Origin: a virus
Lineage: Duplodnaviria > Caudoviricetes
Virus record (IMG/VR): IMGVR_UViG_3300037313_001644
Coordinates: 1-58,951 of that record
Length of the DNA stretch: 58,951 bases
Strand: one strand, 5' to 3'
Shown here: one piece after another, positions 1 through 9,672 of the stretch
Numbering within the stretch: the first letter of the stretch is position 1
Layout of the letters: the number at the start of each line of letters is the position of its first letter
Translations under genes and position numbers: made by a program
The notes under the pieces: model-generated
The model's database searches: none
Seen by the model: the letters and a program-made list of their open reading frames with translations, nothing else
Told to the model about the DNA's origin: nothing

Positions 1-127
1 GCAGAGGAGCGCATGGCAATCGTGCCGCTCATTGGATGCCTAGTGCCGCTGGTGCTGGTTGCGGCCCTCGCGGTCTGGCTGCTCGCGTGAAGCGACTGTC
101 GTCAGCCGATGGCGCAATTGCGCCGAA
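1..127. repeat. Exact terminal duplication (copy 1), circular-assembly overlap
   Basis: Bases 1-127 are identical to 58825-58951; 127 is a common assembler k-mer length. Confidence 0.95.
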
Positions 128-135
128 CGAATCGC

Positions 136-165
136 TTGCATTCCGGCCCGAATGTGGCAGTTTTC
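136..165 (+). promoter_or_regulatory. Candidate late promoter (pR'-like)
   Basis: TTGCAT at 136-141 followed by a GGCAGTTT -10-like element; lies between the Q-position gene and terS and is followed by a terminator. Confidence 0.35.
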
Positions 166-205
166 GCCGCGAGACGAATTGTCACCGCCGCAGGCGAAAC
201 TCTCG

Positions 206-232
206 AAAGTCGCGGAAATCCGCGGCTTTTTT
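206..232 (+). terminator. Intrinsic terminator upstream of the late operon (tR'-like)
   Basis: AAAGTCGCGG-AAAT-CCGCGGCTTT hairpin followed by a T run. Confidence 0.7.
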
Positions 233-376
233 GTTTGAGGCGAGCGACCAGTGAGCGCTTCTCCGGCAATATCGAAAATAAAATTCGGTGCGGACGCGGC
301 CTGCTCTTCGTGCCGGACGCCGGCGACGGGGTGCTTTGCCCTTTTCGCGCCCCCCCGCCGGAAGGCCTGGTGAGGA

Positions 377-1033
377 TTGGCGCGGCAGGCGCCTGACCCC
401 AGCGCACGCATCGCGGCGCTCAAGGAGCGGCGCAAGCAGTTCGTCGCGTCGAAGGTCAAGGGCCCGCTCAACGCCGAGGAGATGGCGGCCGCGATCGGCA
501 TGACGTGGCGTCAGCTCAAGACCTACGTCGAGGCTGATCCGGACTTTCCCTGCCTGCTGCGAGGCAGCGAGGGATCGCCCTACCAGTTCGACGCGAAGAA
601 GGTGTTCGATCACCTCATCCGCTTCTTCGAGAGCAAGCTCAAGGAACGCAACGACCGCAACCGCCGCATCGCCGAGATGGCGGGCTTCGAGCCCGAGATG
701 GCCGACACCGGCCTCAGCCTCGAGGAGTTGCGGCAGCTCGATTTCCTGCAGACCTCGAACCAGCGCAAGAAGATCGAGCAGCGGCAGTATGTGCCCCTCG
801 CCGAGTTCGAGGGCGTCATCGCCGATGTGTTTACCACGATCCAGTCGGAGACCCTGTCGATGGTCGGCCGGCTCGACCCCGCAGGCAAATGGCCGGCGCT
901 GGTCAGGGAACAGGTCAGGGAGGAAGGGCGCAATCTGCTTGTCAGGATCCACGACAAGCTCGGCAAGCGCCTGAACCCCGATGCTGTCACCACTGGCCGC
1001 GGTCGAAGAGGAGCTCAGGCGGCTCGGCGCTGA
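377..1033 (+). CDS. terS: Terminase small subunit (Nu1-like, wHTH plus coiled coil)
   Basis: HTH-like LNAEEMAAAIGMTWRQL, coiled coil ending RQYVPLAEF, overlaps the terL start; TTG start uncertain. Confidence 0.8.
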   Translation: MARQAPDPSARIAALKERRKQFVASKVKGPLNAEEMAAAIGMTWRQLKTYVEADPDFPCLLRGSEGSPYQFDAKKVFDHLIRFFESKLKERNDRNRRIAEMAGFEPEMADTGLSLEELRQLDFLQTSNQRKKIEQRQYVPLAEFEGVIADVFTTIQSETLSMVGRLDPAGKWPALVREQVREEGRNLLVRIHDKLGKRLNPDAVTTGRGRRGAQAARR

Positions 1034-3173
1034 CGGCTATTGCGCCGACGCGAGGGCGGTCGCCGCAAGCCACCTCGAGCTGCTGCTGCCGCCCGAGGAC
1101 ATTTCGACGAAGGAGTGTGCGGCGCAGCACCGCTATCTCCCCTCGTCCGAGGGCGGCGTCGATGCAGGCGGGCAGCAGGCGAAGCGGCTCTACGACCGCG
1201 CGCTGACGCCGTACATGGACGGTCCGCAGGATGCGCTGGACGATCCGGCGTTCATCGAGGTCGACGTCGTCGGGCCGGGCAGGACCGGCAAGTCGATCGC
1301 GGGCGAGAACCATCTGTTCAAGCGCCTTCGCAACGGGCCCTTGACGGACACGATCATCTACCTGCCGGCGGCGGAAGACGTGAACTCCTACGCCGACAAG
1401 GAATTCGCCGACTTCTTCACCCTCCATCCGGAGATCGCGGAGAAGGTCGGCAAGCGACCGACCGACAACAAGCGCAAGTTCAAGCGCGTCGCAGGCCGCG
1501 CGATCCAGCTGTTCCCCGCCAACCCCGGCACGGTGCGGCAGAAGCAGGCGCCGCTGATCATGGCGACCGAGGTCGACGGCTTCCGGCCCAAGCTGAGGGC
1601 GGCGTTCCGTGGCCTCGCCAGGGTCCGCGGCCGCGCCTTCGGGACGCAGTTCAAGCTCTACATGGAGAGTCACCCCGACGCCGGCTGGACAGCGGGCATC
1701 GCGAGCTTCTGGGCGCTGAGCAACCGCGGGCTGTGGTACTGGCCGTGCCCGCACTGCAGGCTCTGGTCGAGCCCGCACCCGCTCGCGCCCCGCGTCATCG
1801 ACCCTGCGACGGGCACGCCGACCGACATGCTGATGCGGCTCGATTACGACCGCAACGACGACCTCGACGACGACGAGCTGCTCGACCGCGTCGAGGCGAG
1901 CGCCGGCCTTGCCTGCCCGCACTGCGGGACGGTGATCGAGGACAAGCACAAGGCGGCGATGAACCGCGCGGGCAAGTGGGTGTTCGCAGGGCAGGTGATC
2001 GTCCCCGACGGGACGGTGACGGGGCAGGCGAAGCAGGGCGACACGGCCGGCTTCTGGATTCACGGCACGATGTCCCCGTTCATCACCTGGGGGCGGCTGG
2101 CGCGGGAGTGGGTCGAGGTGCTGCTGCACTACGAGCGCACCCGCAAGCCCGAGCCGCTTGCGGAATTCACGGCAAAGTCATTGGGTGAGGTCTATCAGGG
2201 ACGCGGCCCCGGATCCCGCGTCCTCGATCCCAAGGTCCTCGCCCAGCGCGCGGCGGATCAGGAATTGAACCCGGCATTCCCCAGGGGGACCTGTCCGCCG
2301 CGCGCAGATTTCATCACGGCCTCGGTCGACGTCGGCGGGCGCAAGTTCGACATCCTGATCGTCGGCTGGGACCTCGAGGGGCGCTCGTGGGTGATCCAGC
2401 GCGACACCATCCGCCGCAACCTCGACGACGAGGAACTGCGGCCAGCTGAGCGGCAGAAGGACTGGCTCGTCATCCGGGACAGGCTGCTGCGCAGCGTCGT
2501 GCCGCTCAGCGCGGACGACACGCAGGGCATGCCGATCGCGTGTGTCGCGATCGACACCGGCGGCGCCGGCAATGCCGACGGCGAGGAGCCGGGCGGCGTG
2601 ACGTGGAAGGCCCGCGAGTTCGCGCGTCAGATGGCGAAGAGCGGCGACAGCGGCCTCAAGGGCTACCGGCTGATGCTGGTCAAGGGCCGCTCGAGCAAGA
2701 CCGCGCCCGAGGTCGGGGCGCCGCGCGAGATCAACAAGGACGCGGAAGGGCGCAAGCTCATGCCGCCGGTCAAGGAATACACGCTCAACGTCGACAAGCT
2801 GAAGATGCAGTCGATCGAGCGGCTCGCGGTCGAGGACGGCGGGCCCGGCCAGGTGCACTTCGCCTCGGGCCTGCCCAAGTCGACCTACGACGAGCTGTGC
2901 GGCGAGGTGATGGTCGACGGCAAGTTCGAGCGGCGCGGCGCGAACGAGGCGCTCGACCTGCTCGGCTATGCCGAGGCGGCGCGCATCTCGCTGCAGCCGG
3001 AGCGAGCAGAGATCAGGTGGTTCGACGATGCCCGCGGGCCCGCACGGCGGCCGGTGTGGGCGCGGCCGGTGGCGATCGTCGCCGGCACGTACGAACCGCA
3101 ACCGAAGAAACAGGCACGCGGCCGCACCGCGCGCACGGGGCGAGACCAGCTCGCCGAACTCAACAGGAGGTAG
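981..3173 (+). CDS. terL: Terminase large subunit, lambda gpA family
   Basis: Walker A GPGRTGKS, Zn motifs WPCPHC and CPHCG, nuclease motifs ITASVDVG and NEALDL; Walker B variant IMATEVD. Confidence 0.95.
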   Translation: MLSPLAAVEEELRRLGADGYCADARAVAASHLELLLPPEDISTKECAAQHRYLPSSEGGVDAGGQQAKRLYDRALTPYMDGPQDALDDPAFIEVDVVGPGRTGKSIAGENHLFKRLRNGPLTDTIIYLPAAEDVNSYADKEFADFFTLHPEIAEKVGKRPTDNKRKFKRVAGRAIQLFPANPGTVRQKQAPLIMATEVDGFRPKLRAAFRGLARVRGRAFGTQFKLYMESHPDAGWTAGIASFWALSNRGLWYWPCPHCRLWSSPHPLAPRVIDPATGTPTDMLMRLDYDRNDDLDDDELLDRVEASAGLACPHCGTVIEDKHKAAMNRAGKWVFAGQVIVPDGTVTGQAKQGDTAGFWIHGTMSPFITWGRLAREWVEVLLHYERTRKPEPLAEFTAKSLGEVYQGRGPGSRVLDPKVLAQRAADQELNPAFPRGTCPPRADFITASVDVGGRKFDILIVGWDLEGRSWVIQRDTIRRNLDDEELRPAERQKDWLVIRDRLLRSVVPLSADDTQGMPIACVAIDTGGAGNADGEEPGGVTWKAREFARQMAKSGDSGLKGYRLMLVKGRSSKTAPEVGAPREINKDAEGRKLMPPVKEYTLNVDKLKMQSIERLAVEDGGPGQVHFASGLPKSTYDELCGEVMVDGKFERRGANEALDLLGYAEAARISLQPERAEIRWFDDARGPARRPVWARPVAIVAGTYEPQPKKQARGRTARTGRDQLAELNRR

Positions 3174-3174
3174 C

Positions 3175-3606
3175 ATGTCCTTCTCGAACACCGCCGAGAA
3201 CGCCATCCTGGCGTTGATCTTCAACGCGACGGCATGGGCGAACATGGCGGACAATGCGGCATCGTCGCCGCAGGCCAACATCGCCATGGCGCTGCACACC
3301 GCCGACCCAGGCGAGGGCGGGACGCAGTCGACCTCCGAGGCGGCCTACACCTCCTACGCCCGAGTCAACGTCGCCCGCTCGACCTCGGGCTTCTCCGCCC
3401 CCTCGGGCGGATCGACCTCGCCGGCGGCGAACATCGACTTCCCGACCGGAACGGGCGGTTCGGGGACGGTCACCCACTTCTCGGCGGGCAAGACCGGCGG
3501 CGGCGCCACCGACATCCATATGTCTGGCACGGTCACCCCGAACATCGTCACCGGCTCGGGCGTGCTGCCCCGCCTGACGACTGCAACGACCTTCACTCTA
3601 GACTGA
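3175..3606 (+). CDS. Putative virion structural/fibre-associated protein
   Basis: RBS AGGAGG; ALHTADPGE...SYARV pattern typical of a widespread small phage structural family. Confidence 0.7.
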   Translation: MSFSNTAENAILALIFNATAWANMADNAASSPQANIAMALHTADPGEGGTQSTSEAAYTSYARVNVARSTSGFSAPSGGSTSPAANIDFPTGTGGSGTVTHFSAGKTGGGATDIHMSGTVTPNIVTGSGVLPRLTTATTFTLD

Positions 3607-3944
3607 TGCCGCTTCCGCAGGAGCTGAAGGCCGCGACGGGTGTCATGTCGCAGCTCAGCCGGGACATGCCCGCATCGGTGCGGCAGCAGATCGCGCGTGC
3701 GATCCGGATGGCGATCGACGCATCCGCACGGGCACCTCAGATCGTCAGCCCGTCGCAGCCGGTGATGCGGCAGGCCGAGCGGTCGGTGCAGCAGGCGATC
3801 TCTGCGGCTGCGAACGCGCCGCGGCTGGTGGGCGTATCGCCCGCCGTGCGGCAGCAGGTGAGGAAGGCGGTGAGGTCGGCAGTGGCGGCATCGCGCAAGG
3901 CGCCGTCGATCCGGCATTACACGCCGGGACAGACGCCGCGCTGA
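3606..3944 (+). CDS. Basic protein with three ~27-aa tandem repeats
   Basis: TGATG coupling at both ends; repeats beginning PASVRQQIARAI, PVMRQAERSV and PAVRQQVRKAV. Confidence 0.7.
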   Translation: MPLPQELKAATGVMSQLSRDMPASVRQQIARAIRMAIDASARAPQIVSPSQPVMRQAERSVQQAISAAANAPRLVGVSPAVRQQVRKAVRSAVAASRKAPSIRHYTPGQTPR

Positions 3945-4426
3945 TGTCCGCGTCCGCCGTCGCCCGCCGTGTTTTAGCTCATGGCGACCATCGTGAGTTC
4001 CGGCGGCACTGGGGCGACATCTTCCCGCATCTCGCGGACAAGGGCCCGAGGACGGACGAGGAAGCCGAGCCGCAGTTCCACTTCGCCCGCACGCTCAGCG
4101 GCGTGGTTGAGCTGAAGCGCCGCGCCTGGTCGCACCGCTGGCTGCTCGAGCGCGGCCTTCCGAGCGGCTTGCCCGACCGCCTCCGCCCCAGCGCGGAGCA
4201 GATGTGCCCGCGCATCGCACCTGCGGTCGGCATCGCGGTGCAGGCGACCTCGCCGCTGATCGCGCCCGCGGTCGGCCTGATCCGCCGCGCCATGGAGAAT
4301 GCGGTGCTCGACGCCGCCGCCGAGGGGCGGCTCGAGGACTCGGGCTTCGTCAAGGCCCGCATGGAGGAGGCGCGCACCGCGAAGGTGCGCGAGCTCTTCG
4401 GAAACATCGGAGGAATGAAGCCATGA
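3944..4426 (+). CDS. Hypothetical protein
   Basis: Translationally coupled ORF with phage-like codon use. Confidence 0.7.
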   Translation: MSASAVARRVLAHGDHREFRRHWGDIFPHLADKGPRTDEEAEPQFHFARTLSGVVELKRRAWSHRWLLERGLPSGLPDRLRPSAEQMCPRIAPAVGIAVQATSPLIAPAVGLIRRAMENAVLDAAAEGRLEDSGFVKARMEEARTAKVRELFGNIGGMKP

Positions 4427-4656
4427 CCGAACCGACCATTGCCGCCGCCGCAGGCCATGCCGCGGGCGGGCGCAGCGAGGACGGCCGCGGCAAGGCGGTC
4501 GAGGCGGCGATGGCTGCCGCGACCGAGCAGGCGCTCGCCGAGGGCGTCACCGATCCCGACGAGATCCGCCGCCGCAAGCTCGCGGCACGCGATGCGGTTC
4601 GTGCCGGCATGAACACCAGGACCCGCGCGCCGAGCGTCGGGCGGGGCGACGAATGA
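4423..4656 (+). CDS. Small hypothetical protein
   Basis: RBS GGAGG; ATGA overlaps at both ends. Confidence 0.65.
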   Translation: MTEPTIAAAAGHAAGGRSEDGRGKAVEAAMAAATEQALAEGVTDPDEIRRRKLAARDAVRAGMNTRTRAPSVGRGDE

Positions 4657-6518
4657 CCATGCGCCGCATCCTCCTCGCCAGCTGCGCCACCGCCGCGCTG
4701 AGCTTCACGCCGGTCGCGCACGCGGACGCCGCCGCGGCGGCGGGCAAGCCGCTGGCGATCGCGCTGACGCAGGGCATCACCGTGACCGAGGGGCAGCACG
4801 CCCATCCGGTGCTGAGCGCGAGCGGTGGCAACGGCCGCGCGGTCACGGTCGCGTGGAAGACCTCGGACGGCCGCTCCGGCAGCGTCAGCCTCAGCGTCAG
4901 CAGGCCGGTCACGCTCGACATCGGAACCACCGACGACACGGTCGTGAATGGCACGCGCTCGCTCGGCCTGTCGGCGCAGGTCGTGTCTGGCTCGGTGCAT
5001 CCGAGTGCGCAAACCGTCATCGCGATCCTCGACAACGACGTCGCGCCGGTCCTGCCCGTCATCTCCGCCAACGCGGCGGCGGTGAACGAGGATGCCGGAT
5101 CGGTGACGGCGCACATCAGCCGCAGCGGCGACCTCTCGGGACAGACCTGCTTCGTCTGGGCGACCGAGGACGCGACCGCGATCCGCGGCATCAACTACGT
5201 CGCATCGTCGGGCGGGCGCTGCTTCGGTGTGGGGCAGAGCGACCTTTCGGCCACCGTGCCGGTGCTGCGCGACGGCAAGTATCAGCCGGACCTGGTGTTC
5301 AACCTGGTGCTCAAGGAAATCACCGGCGGCACGCTCGGCAAGAACGCGCCGGTGACGATCCGCAACGTGGATCCGGCGCCACCGCCGCCACAGCCGACGA
5401 CCAAGACCTGCGCCGAGGGATCGACCGTTCCTGCGGACCAGGACTGTCCGACGCAGACCCCGCCGGTGACGACGACACCGCCGCCGACCGACCCGACGGC
5501 CTCACCCGGCCTGTCCGGCGTCGCGCCCATTGTCTCCAACTTTGATGTGGCGGCCGAGATTCAGGATGCGCCCGTGCCGGGCACCGCCGCGCCCGACACG
5601 CTCGGCGCGTTCCGCTTCATCTGCAATGCTGGGCAGGTGCTCGCCGACGACCCGATCGTCTATCCGGGGCAGCCGGGCAAGTCGCACCTCCACCAGTTCT
5701 ACGGCAACACCGGCGCGAACGCCTACTCGACCTACGAGAGCCTGCGCACGACGGGAGATTCGACCTGCATGTCGCCGGTCAACCGCTCTGGCTACTGGAT
5801 GCCGGCCATGCTCGACGGGCGCGGCAACGTCGTCCGTCCGGACTATGTGACGATCTACTACAAGCGCTACCCGGCGACGTCGTGGCAGTGCACCGACGGC
5901 CGCGCGACCAAGGGCTGCGTCCCGCTGCCCAACGGCCTGCGCTACATCATGGGCCGCGACATGCTCAACCTGTCGGCGCCGCCGACCGGTAACTTCCATT
6001 TCCTCTGCGACAACAACACCGGCAACTGGCCGACGCTGCAGCAGGCGCTGAAGGTCTGCGAGCCGGGGCACCATATCGACGCCGTCGTCGATGCCCCGCC
6101 GTGCTGGAACGGCACGCAGCTCGATAGCGCCGACCACCGCAGCCACATGGCGTACATGGTCGACAGCCACATGGGCTACGTCAAATGCCCCGACACGCAC
6201 CCGTACATGATCCCGCAGTTCACGCTCGGTGCGAACTACCTGGTGGTGGCGGGCGAGGACACCTCCGGCTGGAAATTCAGCTCGGACGACATGGCCCCGA
6301 ACGAGCCCGCCGGCTCGACCTTCCACGCCGACTGGTTCGGCGCGTGGGACAACACGGTCATGGCGATGTGGACCGACAACTGCATCAACAAGCTGCTCAA
6401 CTGCTCGGCGGGCATCCTCGGTAACGGGAAGATCATCAGGATGTACTCGGGCTTCTCGTGGAGCGCGGTGCCGCGGCTGCTGCCGCTCTCCCAGGTCCCG
6501 CAGACACCGGTGCGCTGA
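4653..6518 (+). CDS. Secreted protein: signal peptide, Calx-beta-like domains, Pro/Thr linker, DUF1996 domain
   Basis: Signal peptide ending AHA; VNEDAG...ATEDATAIRGINY Calx-beta pattern; DDPIVYPGQPGKSHLHQFYGN, NRSGYWMP and FHADWF DUF1996 motifs. Confidence 0.85.
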   Translation: MTMRRILLASCATAALSFTPVAHADAAAAAGKPLAIALTQGITVTEGQHAHPVLSASGGNGRAVTVAWKTSDGRSGSVSLSVSRPVTLDIGTTDDTVVNGTRSLGLSAQVVSGSVHPSAQTVIAILDNDVAPVLPVISANAAAVNEDAGSVTAHISRSGDLSGQTCFVWATEDATAIRGINYVASSGGRCFGVGQSDLSATVPVLRDGKYQPDLVFNLVLKEITGGTLGKNAPVTIRNVDPAPPPPQPTTKTCAEGSTVPADQDCPTQTPPVTTTPPPTDPTASPGLSGVAPIVSNFDVAAEIQDAPVPGTAAPDTLGAFRFICNAGQVLADDPIVYPGQPGKSHLHQFYGNTGANAYSTYESLRTTGDSTCMSPVNRSGYWMPAMLDGRGNVVRPDYVTIYYKRYPATSWQCTDGRATKGCVPLPNGLRYIMGRDMLNLSAPPTGNFHFLCDNNTGNWPTLQQALKVCEPGHHIDAVVDAPPCWNGTQLDSADHRSHMAYMVDSHMGYVKCPDTHPYMIPQFTLGANYLVVAGEDTSGWKFSSDDMAPNEPAGSTFHADWFGAWDNTVMAMWTDNCINKLLNCSAGILGNGKIIRMYSGFSWSAVPRLLPLSQVPQTPVR

Positions 6519-6769
6519 TGGCTGAGCAGACCGTCGACGAACTCACCGCCGAACTGGCGGCGCTGCGCACCGCGCGCACCGAGCTGCTGACCAACGGCGG
6601 GGTGAAGGAGGTTTGGCGCGACGGCCGCAAGGTCGTGTACAACACCGCCTCCGTCAAAGACCTGAATGACGCGATCAAGGACACCGAGGCCCGCCTTGCT
6701 GCAGCCGAGGCCGCTGCGGCGGCATCATGCAGCAGGCCGCGCTTCCGCGCGCTGAAGGTCGGGTTCTGA
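6518..6769 (+). CDS. Head-tail adaptor, gpW-like
   Basis: Helix-hairpin-helix with DGRKVVY, immediately upstream of the portal. Confidence 0.85.
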   Translation: MAEQTVDELTAELAALRTARTELLTNGGVKEVWRDGRKVVYNTASVKDLNDAIKDTEARLAAAEAAAAASCSRPRFRALKVGF

Positions 6770-8460
6770 TGCAGTCGGTTCTGACCTCGCCGCTGCTCGG
6801 CGGCGGCACGGCGATGACGATCACGCGCGCTGCACCGCAGAAGCGCGGGGATGCGTCGAATGGCATCGTCCGCCCGCTGCAGCTGTTCACCGGCGCCTAC
6901 GAGGCCGCCTCCTCGAGCAGCCAGGAGCTCAGCGGCTGGCATCCGAAGACCATGTCGGCCGACGCCGAGATCCTGCCGTCGCGGCAGAAGATCACGAATC
7001 GCGCCCGCGACCTCTACCGCAACAGCTCATGGGTGCAGGGCGGCGTCGACAAGCGCGTCGACAGCGTCGTGGGCCCGAAAATCTGGTTCCGCTCCAAGCC
7101 GGATTTCGCGGCCATGGGGCAGACCGCCGAATGGGCGGCGGATTGGGCGCGCAAGGCCGAGTCGATCTTCCGCCTCTGGGGCAATTCGTCGCGCAAGCTC
7201 TGCGACGTCGAGCGCCACGACAATTTCGGCGGTCTCGTGCGCCTCGCCTACTATCACTGGGTCGTGGACGGCGAGGCGGCTGCAGCGCTCTACTTCAAGG
7301 AGCGCGGCGGCATCCTCGCGACCTGCGTGCAGGTGATCGATCCGGACCGCATCAGCAATCCGGACGGACGGCCCAACGACAAGAACCTGCGCGATGGCGT
7401 CGTGCTCGACGACGACGGCGCGGCGGTCGGCTACTGGGTGCGCAACGCCCATGTCGGCGATGTCGGCATTACGAACTGGGACGCGTTCAAGTGGACCTAC
7501 TTCCCGCGCGAGAGTGCGTCGGGGCGGGCGATGTTCCTCCACGTCTTCGACAAGAAGCGGGCCCACCAGCGCCGCGGCATCTCGCGGCTCGCCTCGATCA
7601 TGTCGCGGATGAAGATGCTGGAGCGCTACGACCAGTATGAAATCCAAGCGGCGATCGCGAACGCGATCTTCGGCTTCTTCGCCAAGACGCAGCGCAGTTC
7701 CGACGACGTCGCGGCATCCCTCGCGCCGGTGGGCGACGAAGACGATCCGACCGATGCGCTCGAGGGCTACCGCGCCGCGTGGTACGAGAAGGCGGACCTG
7801 AGGTTCAACGGCGTCCGCGTGCCGGTGCTGCCCGACGGCGACGACCTCGGCACGCTCAAGACGACGCGGCCGGCGACGAACTTCCAGGCCTTCCAGCGGG
7901 CAGTGCTGAACTCCGGCGCGGCATCGCTCGGCGTGTCGGGCGAGCAGCTGAGCAACGAGTGGGCGGGCATCAATTACTCGAACGCCCGCACGCTGCTGAA
8001 TGAAATCTACCGCGGCTTCCTCAGCGACCGCCACCTGTTCACGTCCGGCTTCACCGCGCCGATCTTCGCGGCGGTGATCGAGGAGGCAGTCGCCCGCGAC
8101 TTGCTCGACGTGCCCGGTGGCAAGGCCATGTTCTACGTCTTCCGCGACGCCCTGTGCCAGGGCGACTGGATCGGGCCGGGGCGCGGCTACATCGACCCCT
8201 TGAAGGAAATCAACGCCGCGCAGCTGCGCATCTCGACCAACATCTCCAACCTCCCAGACGAGGCCGCCGAGCAGGGCAACGACTGGGAGGACAATCTGTG
8301 GAACGCCAAGCGCGTGCAGCAGGAGAAGGAGAAGTACGGCCTGCTGCCGGACCAGGGCGGCGACGGCACCGGCGGCGCGGGCGGCGGGACGGACGGCAGC
8401 GAGGATCCCAATGCCGCCGACAACGCCGACCGGCAGGAAGCAGCGGGAGCGACCAGATGA
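6769..8460 (+). CDS. Portal protein, lambda family
   Basis: RARDLYRN, QRRGIS, NYSNAR and IDPLKE motifs. Confidence 0.95.
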   Translation: MQSVLTSPLLGGGTAMTITRAAPQKRGDASNGIVRPLQLFTGAYEAASSSSQELSGWHPKTMSADAEILPSRQKITNRARDLYRNSSWVQGGVDKRVDSVVGPKIWFRSKPDFAAMGQTAEWAADWARKAESIFRLWGNSSRKLCDVERHDNFGGLVRLAYYHWVVDGEAAAALYFKERGGILATCVQVIDPDRISNPDGRPNDKNLRDGVVLDDDGAAVGYWVRNAHVGDVGITNWDAFKWTYFPRESASGRAMFLHVFDKKRAHQRRGISRLASIMSRMKMLERYDQYEIQAAIANAIFGFFAKTQRSSDDVAASLAPVGDEDDPTDALEGYRAAWYEKADLRFNGVRVPVLPDGDDLGTLKTTRPATNFQAFQRAVLNSGAASLGVSGEQLSNEWAGINYSNARTLLNEIYRGFLSDRHLFTSGFTAPIFAAVIEEAVARDLLDVPGGKAMFYVFRDALCQGDWIGPGRGYIDPLKEINAAQLRISTNISNLPDEAAEQGNDWEDNLWNAKRVQQEKEKYGLLPDQGGDGTGGAGGGTDGSEDPNAADNADRQEAAGATR

Positions 8461-9362
8461 CCGATTATGCGCGCATCGCAGGGCGCCTGTTCAACAACCC
8501 GCTGATCCTCAGGCCCGAGAAGGCCGAGATGCTCGTAGCCGCCCTCGCCGACCGCCTCGGTATCGCGCGGCTCGAGCGCATGGACGCCTCGGCGATGACC
8601 GTCGTCGAGATGAACGAGCGCAAGGCGCAGGGCCTGTCGGAGCCGCGCGCCGCGGACCGCTATTACGAAGTCGTCGACGGCATCGCGATCATCCCGATCG
8701 AAGGGACGCTGGTGCACAAGTCCGGCTGGATTGGCAGCTGGTCGGGCATGACGGGCTATGACGGCATCGCCACCATGGTGCGCCAGGCGCGCATGGATGG
8801 CGAGGTAAGGGCGATCTGGCTCGACATCCACTCGCCCGGCGGCGAGGTCGCGGGCTGCTTCGACCTTGCCGACGAGATCGCGGCCGGCTCGAAGCGCTTC
8901 GGCGGCAAGCCAGTATGGGCGATGGTCAACGAGGAGGCGTGCAGCGCCGCCTACGCGCTGGCGAGCGCGGCGGACAAAATCTACGGCACGCGCACCTCGA
9001 TCAGCGGCTCGATCGGCGTGTACATGATGTACGTCGACTGGAACGACGCGCTCAGCCAGGACGGGATCAAGGTCACCTTCTTCCGCGAATACGACCTCAA
9101 GGCGCGCGGCTCGGGCCTCGAGCCGATGGACGACGAGACCGCGAAGAAGTTCCAGCAGTCGGTCGCGCAGACCGCCGACACCTTCACGCGGCTGGTCGCG
9201 GGCAACCGCCCAGGCAAGCTGACGATCGCCGGCGTGAAGGCGCTGCGCTCGCAGTGGTTCGACGGCCCGCAGGCCGCGCAGAACGGCCTGATCGACGGTG
9301 TCCTAAGCGAGGTCGAGGCCTTCGCCAAGCTGCAGCGCTCGATGAAGCGCGCCGGCGCATAA
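8457..9362 (+). CDS. S49 family head maturation protease
   Basis: LDIHSPGG, ACSAAYALASAAD and GSIGV motifs. Confidence 0.95.
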   Translation: MTDYARIAGRLFNNPLILRPEKAEMLVAALADRLGIARLERMDASAMTVVEMNERKAQGLSEPRAADRYYEVVDGIAIIPIEGTLVHKSGWIGSWSGMTGYDGIATMVRQARMDGEVRAIWLDIHSPGGEVAGCFDLADEIAAGSKRFGGKPVWAMVNEEACSAAYALASAADKIYGTRTSISGSIGVYMMYVDWNDALSQDGIKVTFFREYDLKARGSGLEPMDDETAKKFQQSVAQTADTFTRLVAGNRPGKLTIAGVKALRSQWFDGPQAAQNGLIDGVLSEVEAFAKLQRSMKRAGA

Positions 9363-9375
9363 CAGGAGGAAAGAG

Positions 9376-9672
9376 ATGGCAGTAGAGATCGCGTGCTTCG
9401 CGGCGCGCGTGCGCGACCGCATGGGTCCGATCAGCATCTTCAAGCGGCCGGGGCTCGGCGCACTCGCCGGCGTGGACATCGGCGCCAGCGCGGCGCGCTC
9501 GTCCGCGTTTCCTGCGGGCACCAAGTTCGTGCGGCTGGTCGCATCGGCGGACTGCCGCATCGAGTTCGGTGAGGGCACCGTCGACGCGACCGCCGACAGC
9601 GAGATGTTCCAGACCGGCGAGCATGTCGTCGCGGTGGACGGCGCGACGCACCTCTCGGTCATCCAGCCATGA
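9376..9672 (+). CDS. Small beta-rich structural protein, possible capsid vertex spike base
   Basis: RBS AGGAG; located in the head module; coupled to the next gene. Confidence 0.6.
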   Translation: MAVEIACFAARVRDRMGPISIFKRPGLGALAGVDIGASAARSSAFPAGTKFVRLVASADCRIEFGEGTVDATADSEMFQTGEHVVAVDGATHLSVIQP

